A stretch of DNA of 64,000 nucleotides from Candidatus Nomurabacteria bacterium (GTDB lineage Bacteria > Patescibacteriota > Minisyncoccia > Phycocordibacterales > UBA9973). The position numbers and the translations under genes are program-made. This document shows positions 1 through 8,760 of the stretch, in pieces. The first letter of the stretch is position 1, and the number at the start of each line of letters is the position of its first letter. Location of the stretch: assembly GCA_943354905.1 (NCBI GenBank), contig CALRDL010000001.1, forward strand, positions 29,520-93,519, given 5' to 3'. The notes beneath the pieces are model-generated. The model worked only from the letters and a program-made list of their open reading frames with translations. It did not search any database and was not told where the DNA came from.

Positions 1-1679
1 TCCGGCAAGTCGAGCCCTTCACGAAGTAAATTTACTCCGACTAAAACATCAATCTCTCCTTTTCGAAACTGAGTCAAAATTTTTATTCTATCCATGGTCT
101 TAATGTCACTATGCAAATATTCAGCTTTGATTTTCTTTTCTTTTAAATAGACAGAAAGATCTTCGGCCATTTTTTTTGTAAGTGTCGTTGCTAAAACCCG
201 AAAACCTTTTTTAATTGTTTTCTCTGCCTCAGAAATAAAATCTTGGACTTGTCCCGCGTAGCCTTGGCGTAGTGGGATCTGCCCCCCTTCGCTAAAGCTT
301 CGAGAGGGCGTTACTGGTCTTACAACCAGTAACGGATCTACTAGTCCAGTCGGACGAATAATCTGCTCCACAATTTGCTCACTCGTCGTGCGTTCCATTT
401 CGCTTGGTGTCGCAGTTGTATATACCACCTGACCAATTCTTTCTTCAAATTCATTGTATGTAAGTGGTCTATTGTCCTTTGCTGAAGGCAAGCGAAAACC
501 ATATTCGACAAGTGTTTTTTTGCGTGAAGCATCCCCAGCATACATACCACTCAGCTGAGGTAGGGTGACATGTGATTCATCAACTATAGTAAGAAAATCT
601 GGTACCAGATTTTCTTTTCCACCTTGCCTCCCCCTTAATAAGGGGGAGGTGCCGAAGGCGGAGGGGGTATGCGGAAAGTAAGACATGAGTGTTTCTGGTG
701 GCTCACCTTCTTTTTTGTCTGACAAATGTCTGGAATAATTTTCAATCCCACTGCAATAACCCACCTCTTTTATCATAGCCAAATCATAATTCGTTCTTCT
801 TTTAATTCTCTCTGCTTCTAATAGTTTTCCCTCTTTCCCAAACTTTTTTAACTGGACAGCTAATTCTTTTTTAATTTCTACTAAAGCTTTTTTCTTTTTT
901 ACATCTTCAGTTATGAAATGTTTAGCTGGAAAAATAAAAATACCTGCCCGTCCTTTGGCGGGTTTTATTTCTTCAATTATATGCGAAGAAATTGGATCAA
1001 CTTTTATTATTTTTGAAATTTCTCCCCCTTCCATTTCTATCTGATACATCACTTTCTCTGATACCGGCATGAATTCGACTCGCGTGCCAATGGAACGGAA
1101 AGTTCCGGGGTTTAGATCAGCATTTGTTCTTTCAAAATGTATAGCAATCAATTTTTTCATCAAAGTCATCCTATCCATCTTCATACCTATTTCGAGTTTT
1201 AAATTTACTTTTTCATATTCTAGAGGAGAACCTAAACCGTAAATACAAGAAACAGAAGCCACAATAATAACATCCGGCCTAGAGAGCAAAGCTTGAGTAC
1301 TCGCATGCCTAAGCATATCTATCTCTTTGTTTATAGACGCATCTTTTTCAATATAAGTATCCGACGCCGGCATATAGGCCTCTGGTTGATAATAGTCATA
1401 ATAAGAAACAAAATAATGCACTGCGGAATCAGGAAAAAATAATTTAAATTCTTGAGCCAATTGAGCAGCCAGAGTTTTATTGTGAGCTATCACCAGGGTC
1501 GGCTTATTATATTGAGCTATCACGTTAGCCATAGTAAAAGTCTTCCCCGTGCCTGTAGCCCCGAGTAAAGTTTGCTTCTTCATCCCACTCTCGAGCCCTT
1601 GCACGAGCTTAGAAATAGCCTCTGGTTGATCTCCAGCAGGTTCAAATGGGCTATGTAATTTAAATATAGGTTTAGGCAT
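1..1679 (-). CDS. uvrB: Excinuclease ABC subunit B, N-terminal ~560 aa; the C-terminus lies beyond the window edge. Carries an in-frame 63-nt palindromic insert.
   Basis: Reverse-strand translation from the ATG at 1679 gives MPKPIFKLHSPFEPAGDQPEAI..., a Walker A motif (GATGTGKTFTMA) and ...DFLTIVDESHVTLPQ. No stop codon occurs before position 1. Confidence 0.85.
   Translation of the reverse strand, partial: MPKPIFKLHSPFEPAGDQPEAISKLVQGLESGMKKQTLLGATGTGKTFTMANVIAQYNKPTLVIAHNKTLAAQLAQEFKLFFPDSAVHYFVSYYDYYQPEAYMPASDTYIEKDASINKEIDMLRHASTQALLSRPDVIIVASVSCIYGLGSPLEYEKVNLKLEIGMKMDRMTLMKKLIAIHFERTNADLNPGTFRSIGTRVEFMPVSEKVMYQIEMEGGEISKIIKVDPISSHIIEEIKPAKGRAGIFIFPAKHFITEDVKKKKALVEIKKELAVQLKKFGKEGKLLEAERIKRRTNYDLAMIKEVGYCSGIENYSRHLSDKKEGEPPETLMSYFPHTPSAFGTSPLLRGRQGGKENLVPDFLTIVDESHVTLPQLSGMYAGDASRKKTLVEYGFRLPSAKDNRPLTYNEFEERIGQVVYTTATPSEMERTTSEQIVEQIIRPTGLVDPLLVVRPVTPSRSFSEGGQIPLRQGYAGQVQDFISEAEKTIKKGFRVLATTLTKKMAEDLSVYLKEKKIKAEYLHSDIKTMDRIKILTQFRKGEIDVLVGVNLLREGLDLP
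619..669. repeat. Family B GC-rich palindromic element, in frame inside uvrB
   Basis: Sequence ccaccttgcctcccccttaataagggggaggtgccgaaggcggagggggta. It is translated as ...YFPHTPSAFGTSPLLRGRQGGKEN..., between the conserved YFP and DFL(T)IDESH motifs. Confidence 0.7.
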
Positions 1680-1843
1680 AAGTTGCAACCCGCACAAAAT
1701 TGTACTTGTGGTCAGGAATAATTTTTTAGTCGTCACTAAAAAATTTTCACGACCCTGCCTCAGTTGTTTTGTTTACTAACAAAACATACTTCCGGCTCAC
1801 ACAAGCTGGAAAAAATCTAAAGCAGTTTAAATTTTTTCGCTTG

Positions 1844-1916
1844 TGCGCCCAGTTGGAATCGAACCAACGACCTTATCCTTAAAAGGGATCTGCTCTACCA
1901 GCTGAGCTATAGGCGC
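1844..1916 (-). tRNA. tRNA-Lys (anticodon UUU)
   Basis: The reverse complement is GCGCCTATAGCTCAGCTGGTAGAGCAGATCC-CTTTTAA-GGATAAGGTCGTTGGTTCGATTCCAACTGGGCGCA. It folds as a cloverleaf with anticodon loop CUUUUAA. CCA is not encoded. Confidence 0.8.
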
Positions 1917-2021
1917 ATATATATTTAGTTTTTAAACAAAACTTATCTTAATAATAATCCATCGACCTACCAAAACAGCTATAGGCGCATAAGTAGCATA
2001 GTAACACATTTTTTTAAAAAT

Positions 2022-3534
2022 TCCAGTAAATAGCTCGTAACCCCTCACACCCCTAAATACTCCAAAAAGAAATTATCCTGAAATCGTTGTTTCATAGACA
2101 TTAAAACTGAAAGCAGTACCGCCAGATTATCAGCCGTTCTTTTAGTCAAAGAGCCGAAAGATATTTTGCGTTTTAAGACAAGATGTCGGAGCGATCTCTC
2201 CGCTTGATTGTTAGTCAAGGGAATTCTAAGGTCAGAAAGACAAGTCAGATATTTAGAAATGTTTTTTGCGAGGGTTGTCTTAATCCGAATCAATTTCTTT
2301 GGATCAAGTCGTTTGATTTCTGAGAGTTCATTTAGTTTCAAAGAAAATTCATCATATCGTTCAATTCTTCTATCGTTTTTCAATTCATCATAAATCAAAC
2401 ATAATCTTTGGTACTCAGCCTTGCAATGCAGTCTGGTTTTTTCATCAAGCTCGCTTGATTTGGCAAGATCTCTAAACTTTCTAATCAGATGAGCGAAGCA
2501 TAATTGATGTCTACTTAACTTTCTGTAGACTCCGTAATCATCTGACACTACAAAACCGTTAAAGTCTTCTCCAACTAAGCTTTCCATATTACCTTTACCT
2601 CTTGATTCTCCCACCAGAAAAACACTTTCTTTGGATTCTCCACCACTCATCACCCAAGAGTAACTTGTATCTCCGCCAATGAATATTTTCCAGCTTGTTT
2701 CGTCCAAATGAATGACGGGTTCTCCACGTATTTTCACTTTCAATTGTTCGTAAAAAGGTCGCAGTTTGATTGCTTCTCTTTCTAATATTTTAGCGATTTC
2801 TCCTTGGGATATGTGAATTTGGTATGTGTCTTTTAGAATTTCCTGTATTTGAGAAAAAGAAAGCCTGCACATTACAGACAAGTAGCAGGTGTATTTTTGA
2901 ATATTTGAACCAAGAATGACCTTACAAGGTGGCAGTGGAATACTCGTCTGCCATTTTTTGCAATTGGAACAGTATGATTTTTCAACTACGTGTTTTGTAA
3001 CAATTTTCTTGGCAGGAATCGGAATATCTTCTTCGTAGAAAATTATCGTTTTCTTTTTGACTGTTTTCTCTCCGCAGGAACATTAATCGAGCGGATGGTG
3101 TTTGATTTCGGTTAATTCGTTTTCTTTGGGTATCAGTCTTTTATATGAATCGTTTGTTCTTGGTATTTTTTCTTTTGGAGGTGTTAAATCCTCATCATCA
3201 ATTTCTTCTTTTTTCTTTTTCTTTCCAAAAACCATTACTCGGAGCTCTTCAATTTGAAGTTTAAAGTCCTCGATGGTTTTAGACAAAGATTCATTGGTTA
3301 AGCGAAGCAGTTGGTTTTCTTCTTTTAGTAACTTGATTTCTTCTTCTAAAAATCCGACTCTTCTTTTTTGTTGCGTATGCAACCTTTCTAGATTTTGCAA
3401 ACGAATTAATCGTTTTTTAATCTCTATTTTAGACAATCCAGCCTTGGACATATCTATATATTACCATTGTTTTGTAGTGGTTTCTTTAGAGTTATCCACA
3501 TTGGGGTGTGAGGGGTTACAATAGCTCTATACAG
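2022..3534 (-). mobile_element. IS66-family insertion sequence, ~1.5 kb, with a degenerate transposase
   Basis: Terminal inverted repeats: ccagtaaatagctcgtaacccctcacacccc at 2022-2052 and ggggtgtgaggggttacaatagctctatacag at 3503-3534 share the 17-nt core ggggtgtgaggggttac in inverted orientation. The interior encodes IS66-type transposase motifs. Confidence 0.6.
2045..3451 (-). pseudogene. IS66-family transposase (TnpC-like), split into two ORFs by frame disruption
   Basis: ORF 3083-3451 is a coiled-coil leucine-zipper N-terminus. The 2882-3082 gap carries a CxxC zinc finger in another frame. ORF 2045-2881 contains HLDETSWK (the DET motif), YSWVMSG, a DDYGVY region and CFAHLIRKF (the CwAHxRRKF signature). 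Confidence 0.6.
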
Positions 3535-4054
3535 CAACAGGAGGTCTCTCTTTTTTTGACTTCGGATTTGTATGCCAATCCGGCTCCTCTACAGGTCTCG
3601 GGGCTTTTACTTTATTAATTTCAAAAATTTCTTCTGCAATTTTTATATTTCTTTTTAAAACTTCAATGAATAATTTATCTACATTATTTACTTTTCTTAT
3701 CACAAACAAGACCTCGATTTCTTGTTTATGATATGCTTGAATTGGTTTATTTCTCTCAATAGGTTTTGATTCGAGTCCGATTAAAAGACTTGAAATATCC
3801 TCGTCTGTTAGATTTATATCTAGTATATTATTAATATAATTTGTGATTTTATCTTTAATTTCTTCAGTGATTTCTATTTGCACATATCCTGCATCTTTTT
3901 TCTCATCGTATTTTATAGTCGCGAGACTACCTACTGCCGCAACAACACCCTCAACAAGCAAGGCTTCCTTTAAAAAATCTCTCCTACTTGGTTGTTTTGG
4001 TGGACTAATTTTTTTATTACCCAAACCAATTACATTTAAATTATTGTCCTCCAT
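3527..4054 (-). CDS. Hypothetical protein; its 3' end overlaps the IS66 right inverted repeat
   Basis: Complete 175-aa ORF. The stop codon and last codons lie inside the IS terminal repeat. No family recognised. Confidence 0.4.
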   Translation of the reverse strand: MEDNNLNVIGLGNKKISPPKQPSRRDFLKEALLVEGVVAAVGSLATIKYDEKKDAGYVQIEITEEIKDKITNYINNILDINLTDEDISSLLIGLESKPIERNKPIQAYHKQEIEVLFVIRKVNNVDKLFIEVLKRNIKIAEEIFEINKVKAPRPVEEPDWHTNPKSKKERPPVAV

Positions 4055-4069
4055 ATATAAACATATACT

Positions 4070-4762
4070 CTAAAAAACTTTTAATAAAAATCTCTCGAAA
4101 GCACTCTCAGCATCAAGTCCAACACTGCGAGCTTCGGGTAAAAGATAACTCAGTTTTTTAGAGATATCTATAAGTTCTTTTTTAGAAAACTTATGAAAAT
4201 CTCCCGCCCGAACGGCCGAACTCATTCGGTCGGGCGGGTTTTTCAAGATCATATCTTTTATTTTCCAGAACAGTATCCCTATCAGCTCTTCCATCACCAC
4301 CCCTTTATCCACTGCTTGCCTAAAATAAATCCAAAGATTTATCTTGTCTTTTTGTCCAAAAGCATCGGCCAGTAAAAAATTGTTGAATTTCTCTTTTTTT
4401 TCTTTTGATAATGCGAACATATTTATCTCCGCCCGAGCTTTTTTAAAAGCATCCAGTATTGGCTTATTTAATTTCCCTTCCAAAAAGATGAAAGAATTTT
4501 TTGATTCACCCATGAATGTCAATTTTTCTAAAATAAATTCCTCACTATCTTCACTGATTTCATTGGCTAAAACGTTTTCTAAAATTATATTTGAAAGAGG
4601 AGAAAACATACTGTAACCAGAATACAGGCTTTCTATCTCCATTTTATTAAAATTATTTCTATTTACAAAAAAAGTTTGAGCCTCACTTTCTATAGACTTT
4701 AGAAATTTCTCATAACTCGTCCGTTTAGCTTTGGCATCATCTCCAGTAAAAAGATATATCAT
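4070..4762 (-). CDS. holA: DNA polymerase III delta subunit-like (short form)
   Basis: The MIYLFTGDD... N-terminus is typical of HolA. Length is 230 aa. Contains an in-frame Family A palindrome. Confidence 0.5.
   Translation of the reverse strand: MIYLFTGDDAKAKRTSYEKFLKSIESEAQTFFVNRNNFNKMEIESLYSGYSMFSPLSNIILENVLANEISEDSEEFILEKLTFMGESKNSFIFLEGKLNKPILDAFKKARAEINMFALSKEKKEKFNNFLLADAFGQKDKINLWIYFRQAVDKGVVMEELIGILFWKIKDMILKNPPDRMSSAVRAGDFHKFSKKELIDISKKLSYLLPEARSVGLDAESAFERFLLKVF
4203..4238. repeat. Family A palindromic element (CCCGCCCGAAC...TCGGGCGGG), in frame in holA
   Basis: Sequence cccgcccgaacggccgaactcattcggtcgggcggg, translated as ...MSSAVRAGDF... Confidence 0.65.
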
Positions 4763-4777
4763 AGTTTAATTTATGGT

Positions 4778-5245
4778 CTAAAATTTAACTCGATGTATAT
4801 ATTCGATATAGGCACTGCCATATTTTTCAGCTAGAATTCTCTGATGTTTGCCCATAAATACGAATTTGGAAATAAAAAAAGCGAGAACAGTAAAAATAAT
4901 TACAAAAAATGAGTTGGTAATTATTCCAAAACCAAGTAAGAGAATAAAGAGTCCCAATTGGGTAGGTATCTGAGTATAGTAATACGGTCCACGACAAAAA
5001 TGTTCAGCTTTTAATTCTTGCCTGATTTCTCTAAAATCTCTTCCAGTTTTCTGGGCCCAGATGATCAAAATAGTCGCTAGCATCAAGAAAACAAACCCGA
5101 CTGGAACCATCACAAAATAATTAAAAATCTTAAAATCAAAAATAATATCGAGTATTATCCCAACCAGAAGCAAAATGAAATAAACCAAATAAGAATGGGC
5201 CAGCGTATGGTGTACAGTGTGCTTTTTTAGCTCTTGATCTTCCAT
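4778..5245 (-). CDS. Isoprenylcysteine carboxyl methyltransferase / phospholipid methyltransferase family membrane protein
   Basis: Multi-transmembrane protein with RGPYYYTQIPTQLG and EKYGSAYIEYIHRVKF at the C-terminus, characteristic of the ICMT/PEMT family. Confidence 0.5.
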   Translation of the reverse strand: MEDQELKKHTVHHTLAHSYLVYFILLLVGIILDIIFDFKIFNYFVMVPVGFVFLMLATILIIWAQKTGRDFREIRQELKAEHFCRGPYYYTQIPTQLGLFILLLGFGIITNSFFVIIFTVLAFFISKFVFMGKHQRILAEKYGSAYIEYIHRVKF

Positions 5246-5305
5246 TGCTAGAGTATAACATAATATTTATAATTTCTTTCCTAAAGAGACGAGAATATGA
5301 CTTTT

Positions 5306-7858
5306 TTACGAAGTATTGGAATTCGATGAATTTAATTTCAAGACAATAACTTCATTAATAAGTTCTAAATCATCCATCATAGTTTGAGTAGCTCCCACTC
5401 TAGCACAAAGCATATAATCTTGCATAGATTTTACTACCCAAACTTGTGATTGAAGTCCTTTTTTGTTCAACTCATATACAATTTTACGAAATGATTCCTC
5501 GCCCCATTTATTCATTGCAAATTGCATCAAAGAAACAACTTTGGCATTGATCTGTGGTGCATAGTGGTTAATATATTCTAAAAATATATCTGGCATTAAA
5601 TCTGTATCCATCAATCCATAAGCCATTAAATAATTTACAGTTTCGACAGTGTTGAGCTCAAAAGGTAATGTGGGTTCTAGTTTATGAATACGTTCAACAA
5701 CATCACCTGATCCGGAGGTCATTAAAATATTATTAATAGGTGTCTGGCTATTGCGTATTATATCAACAAGTTCCTTTTCCCCCACCCCAATAGAATATTT
5801 TACATCAATCTTAATTGTAGTTTGATAATTATCTTTCTTGTGATATTTCCCTATTAAATCTAAAGCTTCTTCTAAAGACAAAAGGCTCTCGCCTGTGAGA
5901 TCTCCATCGACTGTACGAATGTATACATTTTTTAAATCTTCCCAAGTTTTCTCAATCGTTAGCCCGGTTGCATTTGTTGTGAGGTCTAATTTTATATCAT
6001 GAGAAACCACCCACTTACCATCCTTGGTGGGAACAACATCTATTTCAATAGTGTTTATATTTCTTTCGAGAGCTGCGAGAAAACTTGCTCGAGAATTTTC
6101 AGGGAAGCCACCAACAGTTTCGTGTATAGATATTCCACCGTGAGCGACGATGTCTGGTAGTTTTCCTTCACGTGATTCATTCTCTACTTCATTTTTATCA
6201 ACAAAAGGATCCTCTTGGTTTTTAAAAGGTTTATTAGTAAAACTCACCCATACTTTTCGCATTTGTTTAATAATTTCTTCCTTACAAATTTGCTTATTTT
6301 GTTCGTCAGCGTGATAATATTCTTCCATTAATATCTTGACGGAAATTGCAATATTGTGTTGAAATTTATCATATGCATACAAACGTTTTGCAAAGGGTTT
6401 ATCTTGGACATCTGGTTTTATAATAAAATTACATTGATTTGGTAAAGGTCGCCAATAAATATCTTCAAATTTTATTTGATCAAAATATGAACCAGTGTGT
6501 AAATCAAAACATCTAAGAGATCCGTTGGATAGCTTGACCATATTTATAGTCTGAAGTGGTAAATCAGGTTTATTATATTGCACTGGCATAATTTTAACTT
6601 CAAGCCCCAATAATTTTCCAAAAATAAAAGGAATAATGTAGTTGAGGTAACTTCTATCACCATCAAAATTAGCTCTAATATGAGTTAGAACTTCCATAAA
6701 TTCGCCTAGAATCTGGCATTCGATTTTTGTCATTTCCTCAACAGATAATTCAAAACGACTCTCAAGCATTTTTTTCCATCCCAACAGCTTAGATGACTCC
6801 TTGTCCCATTTTATAATTGCTTTCAACATATCAGAAGACTTTTTTCTCACTAATTCAGGAAAACCTAAAAATTCCTTGCTGAGTTTATTGAGTTGTATTG
6901 GTTTTGTTCTATTTCGGTCAATAATTCCTGTAGATGACATCCATTCAGGAGCTAGATCGTGTCTAATAGCTGGCAAAACTTTTGTCTCTCCACCTTTTTC
7001 AACTACCTTACTCATTTCTTCTTTCACACTAACACTGTCGACATCCTTTTCCGTTTTTACATACACAATAGCTGGTAATTGTTCTAATATAGATAGAATA
7101 TTATCGGTATTAAATGCAGAAACATGGTCAACTATATTCAGACTAGCTAACACTTGCAACCTTTCAACTAATGGGTGTATTGGACGATCTCCATTCTTGT
7201 TTTTATTTTGTAAAGATACTGAATAATCACTATTTACTAAAATTATAATAATGTCGCCTACTTTTTTAGCTTGCTCAATAAAATTTATATGTCCTTCGTG
7301 AACCACATCAAAAACACCCCCTATTACAACAACTTTTTTTCCACTAGTTTGATATTGTTGAACAAGATCTGGTAAATCTATTTCTGGTATAAATTTATCA
7401 TTAGAAATACTGTCTTGTTCATATCTATTTAAATATGGAGATTTTTTCTCTCTTCTTATTCTTTCCACAGTCACTTTATCTATTCCTTCATTTACAAAAT
7501 AGGTATTGCTATAAAGAGAAAAGGGGTTGTTTTTTAGCGTAAAATCTTCTTCTCCACTACTGTTAGTTCTAATAATACCAGAAATACATTCTATGTGAGA
7601 AATAAAATGATCCACTCTTTGGCTTTCTCTAAAATCATTCAGAGAGTTAGGATCGTGAACATTAATATAGACAGGTAGATTTTTATCAGCTAGTTTGTGT
7701 AAAAAAGTTATGAGACGCATATCTAGTTGATCCATCTTTTCTATTTCTAGATATGTTATTTCTCCTCTTTCTATTTTCAACAACGCTTCAGCTGGAGACA
7801 AATATCTTTCAGGGTTATGCCTCATAAATTCATAAATATTGTTTTGTGGATTTTCCAT
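5306..7858 (-). CDS. Multidomain protein: N-terminal cytidylyltransferase-like domain (HxGH), uncharacterised middle region, C-terminal glycerophosphodiester phosphodiesterase (GDPD) domain
   Basis: KKVVVIGGVFDVVHEGHINFIEQAKKVGD matches the GxFDxxHxGH nucleotidyltransferase motif. VAHGGISIHETVGGFPENSRASFLAALERNINTIEIDVVPTKDGKWVVSHD matches the GDPD signature. Confidence 0.6.
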   Translation of the reverse strand: MENPQNNIYEFMRHNPERYLSPAEALLKIERGEITYLEIEKMDQLDMRLITFLHKLADKNLPVYINVHDPNSLNDFRESQRVDHFISHIECISGIIRTNSSGEEDFTLKNNPFSLYSNTYFVNEGIDKVTVERIRREKKSPYLNRYEQDSISNDKFIPEIDLPDLVQQYQTSGKKVVVIGGVFDVVHEGHINFIEQAKKVGDIIIILVNSDYSVSLQNKNKNGDRPIHPLVERLQVLASLNIVDHVSAFNTDNILSILEQLPAIVYVKTEKDVDSVSVKEEMSKVVEKGGETKVLPAIRHDLAPEWMSSTGIIDRNRTKPIQLNKLSKEFLGFPELVRKKSSDMLKAIIKWDKESSKLLGWKKMLESRFELSVEEMTKIECQILGEFMEVLTHIRANFDGDRSYLNYIIPFIFGKLLGLEVKIMPVQYNKPDLPLQTINMVKLSNGSLRCFDLHTGSYFDQIKFEDIYWRPLPNQCNFIIKPDVQDKPFAKRLYAYDKFQHNIAISVKILMEEYYHADEQNKQICKEEIIKQMRKVWVSFTNKPFKNQEDPFVDKNEVENESREGKLPDIVAHGGISIHETVGGFPENSRASFLAALERNINTIEIDVVPTKDGKWVVSHDIKLDLTTNATGLTIEKTWEDLKNVYIRTVDGDLTGESLLSLEEALDLIGKYHKKDNYQTTIKIDVKYSIGVGEKELVDIIRNSQTPINNILMTSGSGDVVERIHKLEPTLPFELNTVETVNYLMAYGLMDTDLMPDIFLEYINHYAPQINAKVVSLMQFAMNKWGEESFRKIVYELNKKGLQSQVWVVKSMQDYMLCARVGATQTMMDDLELINEVIVLKLNSSNSNTS

Positions 7859-8015
7859 AGATCTTTATATTATTTATTGTATCCAATACAACCCCAACTA
7901 GAAGCAAAATAAAATAAACCGAGTAAGAATGGGCTAGCAGGTGGTGTACAGTATGCTTTTTTGTACTTTCGTCCTTCATGGCTTGATTATAACATAATAA
8001 ATTATTTGATTTCAT
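7830..8015 (-). pseudogene. Duplicated 5' fragment of the ICMT-like gene (pseudo-N-terminus)
   Basis: ...KKHTVHHLLAHSYSVYFILLLVGVVLD is about 80% identical to residues 8-40 of ORF 4778-5245. The DNA at 7880-8000 matches 5130-5250. Confidence 0.5.
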
Positions 8016-8016
8016 A

Positions 8017-8047
8017 CACGGGTGAGGGCTTTAGACTCTCACTGAGG
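8017..8047. repeat. REP-like palindrome overlapping the RAYT stop codon
   Basis: Sequence cacgggtgagggctttagactctcactgagg. Its reverse complement matches the CTCAGTGAGAG-TCTAAAGC-CTCTCACTGAG consensus. Confidence 0.6.
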
Positions 8048-8713
8048 CAATTCATCTGGCTCTTGCAATGAAGTACAGCCTCGTTCTTCTCGAATAATAG
8101 ATATTATTTCTTTGCAATGTTCTTTTAAATTATTTTTTCCTTGAAAAACTTCCAACATGCTCTGCCCTTCTTTTTTAGAAACAAAGTTAAAAAGTCCACT
8201 ATCATATTCCTTATCACTAGAAAATATAAAATGAAGCTTACTTTTCGGCATATCATGTACTAAATAATTTTGATTGACATACCCAAATGTTTTTCTAAAA
8301 TAATTATCGTTTTTAATTAATTTAGATTTAAATGTTCCTTGAAATAAAGAACCTGAACGCTTATTTTTTTCATTAAAGTAAGAAGTATACCCGCCTTGGA
8401 ATTTTTGCATAAATTTTGATATCCCACCATCTACTAATTGTTTTAAAAGAAAATGAAAATGATTTGGATTAATACAAAAAGCAACAATAGCAACAAGTGG
8501 TTCTTTCTTGATTCGCGGGTGAGGTTCTAAAGCCCTCTCTGAGATAGACTTGTAGTACATTTCTAAACTTCCTATCGCCTCAACTTGATTAAACTGTTTT
8601 ATACTTTCCTTAAAGCGTTCCAGATCTTTCAGATCACCGAAAATATCACGCTTATCTACACCTCTATTATATATATGATAATACTCCCCTGTTACGAGTG
8701 GCTCTTTTCTCAT
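8039..8713 (-). CDS. REP-associated tyrosine transposase (RAYT, IS200/IS605 Y1-transposase-like)
   Basis: YHIYNRGVDKRDIF is near the N-terminus. The HuH motif NPNHFHFLL is present, followed by the region GGYTSYFNEKNKRSGSLFQGTFKSKLIKNDNYF, which resembles the catalytic-Tyr segment of the RayT family. Confidence 0.7.
   Translation of the reverse strand: MRKEPLVTGEYYHIYNRGVDKRDIFGDLKDLERFKESIKQFNQVEAIGSLEMYYKSISERALEPHPRIKKEPLVAIVAFCINPNHFHFLLKQLVDGGISKFMQKFQGGYTSYFNEKNKRSGSLFQGTFKSKLIKNDNYFRKTFGYVNQNYLVHDMPKSKLHFIFSSDKEYDSGLFNFVSKKEGQSMLEVFQGKNNLKEHCKEIISIIREERGCTSLQEPDELPQ
8515..8552. repeat. REP-like copy inside the RAYT coding sequence
   Basis: Sequence cgcgggtgaggttctaaagccctctctgagata. 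Confidence 0.5.
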
Positions 8714-8727
8714 ATATTTAGTATATC

Positions 8728-8758
8728 ACAATGAGAGTCTAAAGCTCTCACTGAGATA
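8728..8758. repeat. REP-like palindrome upstream of the RAYT start
   Basis: Sequence acaatgagagtctaaagctctcactgagata. Confidence 0.6.
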
Positions 8759-8760
8759 CA

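Noticed and set aside
341-550. A 69-aa ORF
   Set aside because: It lies in an alternative frame inside uvrB, whose own frame is intact and strongly conserved.
619-669. Considered whether the in-frame GC-rich segments could be mini-inteins or programmed frameshift sites
   Set aside because: They are only 10-29 codons long, lack intein splice motifs and keep the frame. The Rickettsia-type palindromic-element interpretation fits better.
3488-3500. TTATCCACA DnaA-box match
   Set aside because: It lies within the IS66 terminal inverted repeat, far from dnaA. Considered coincidental.
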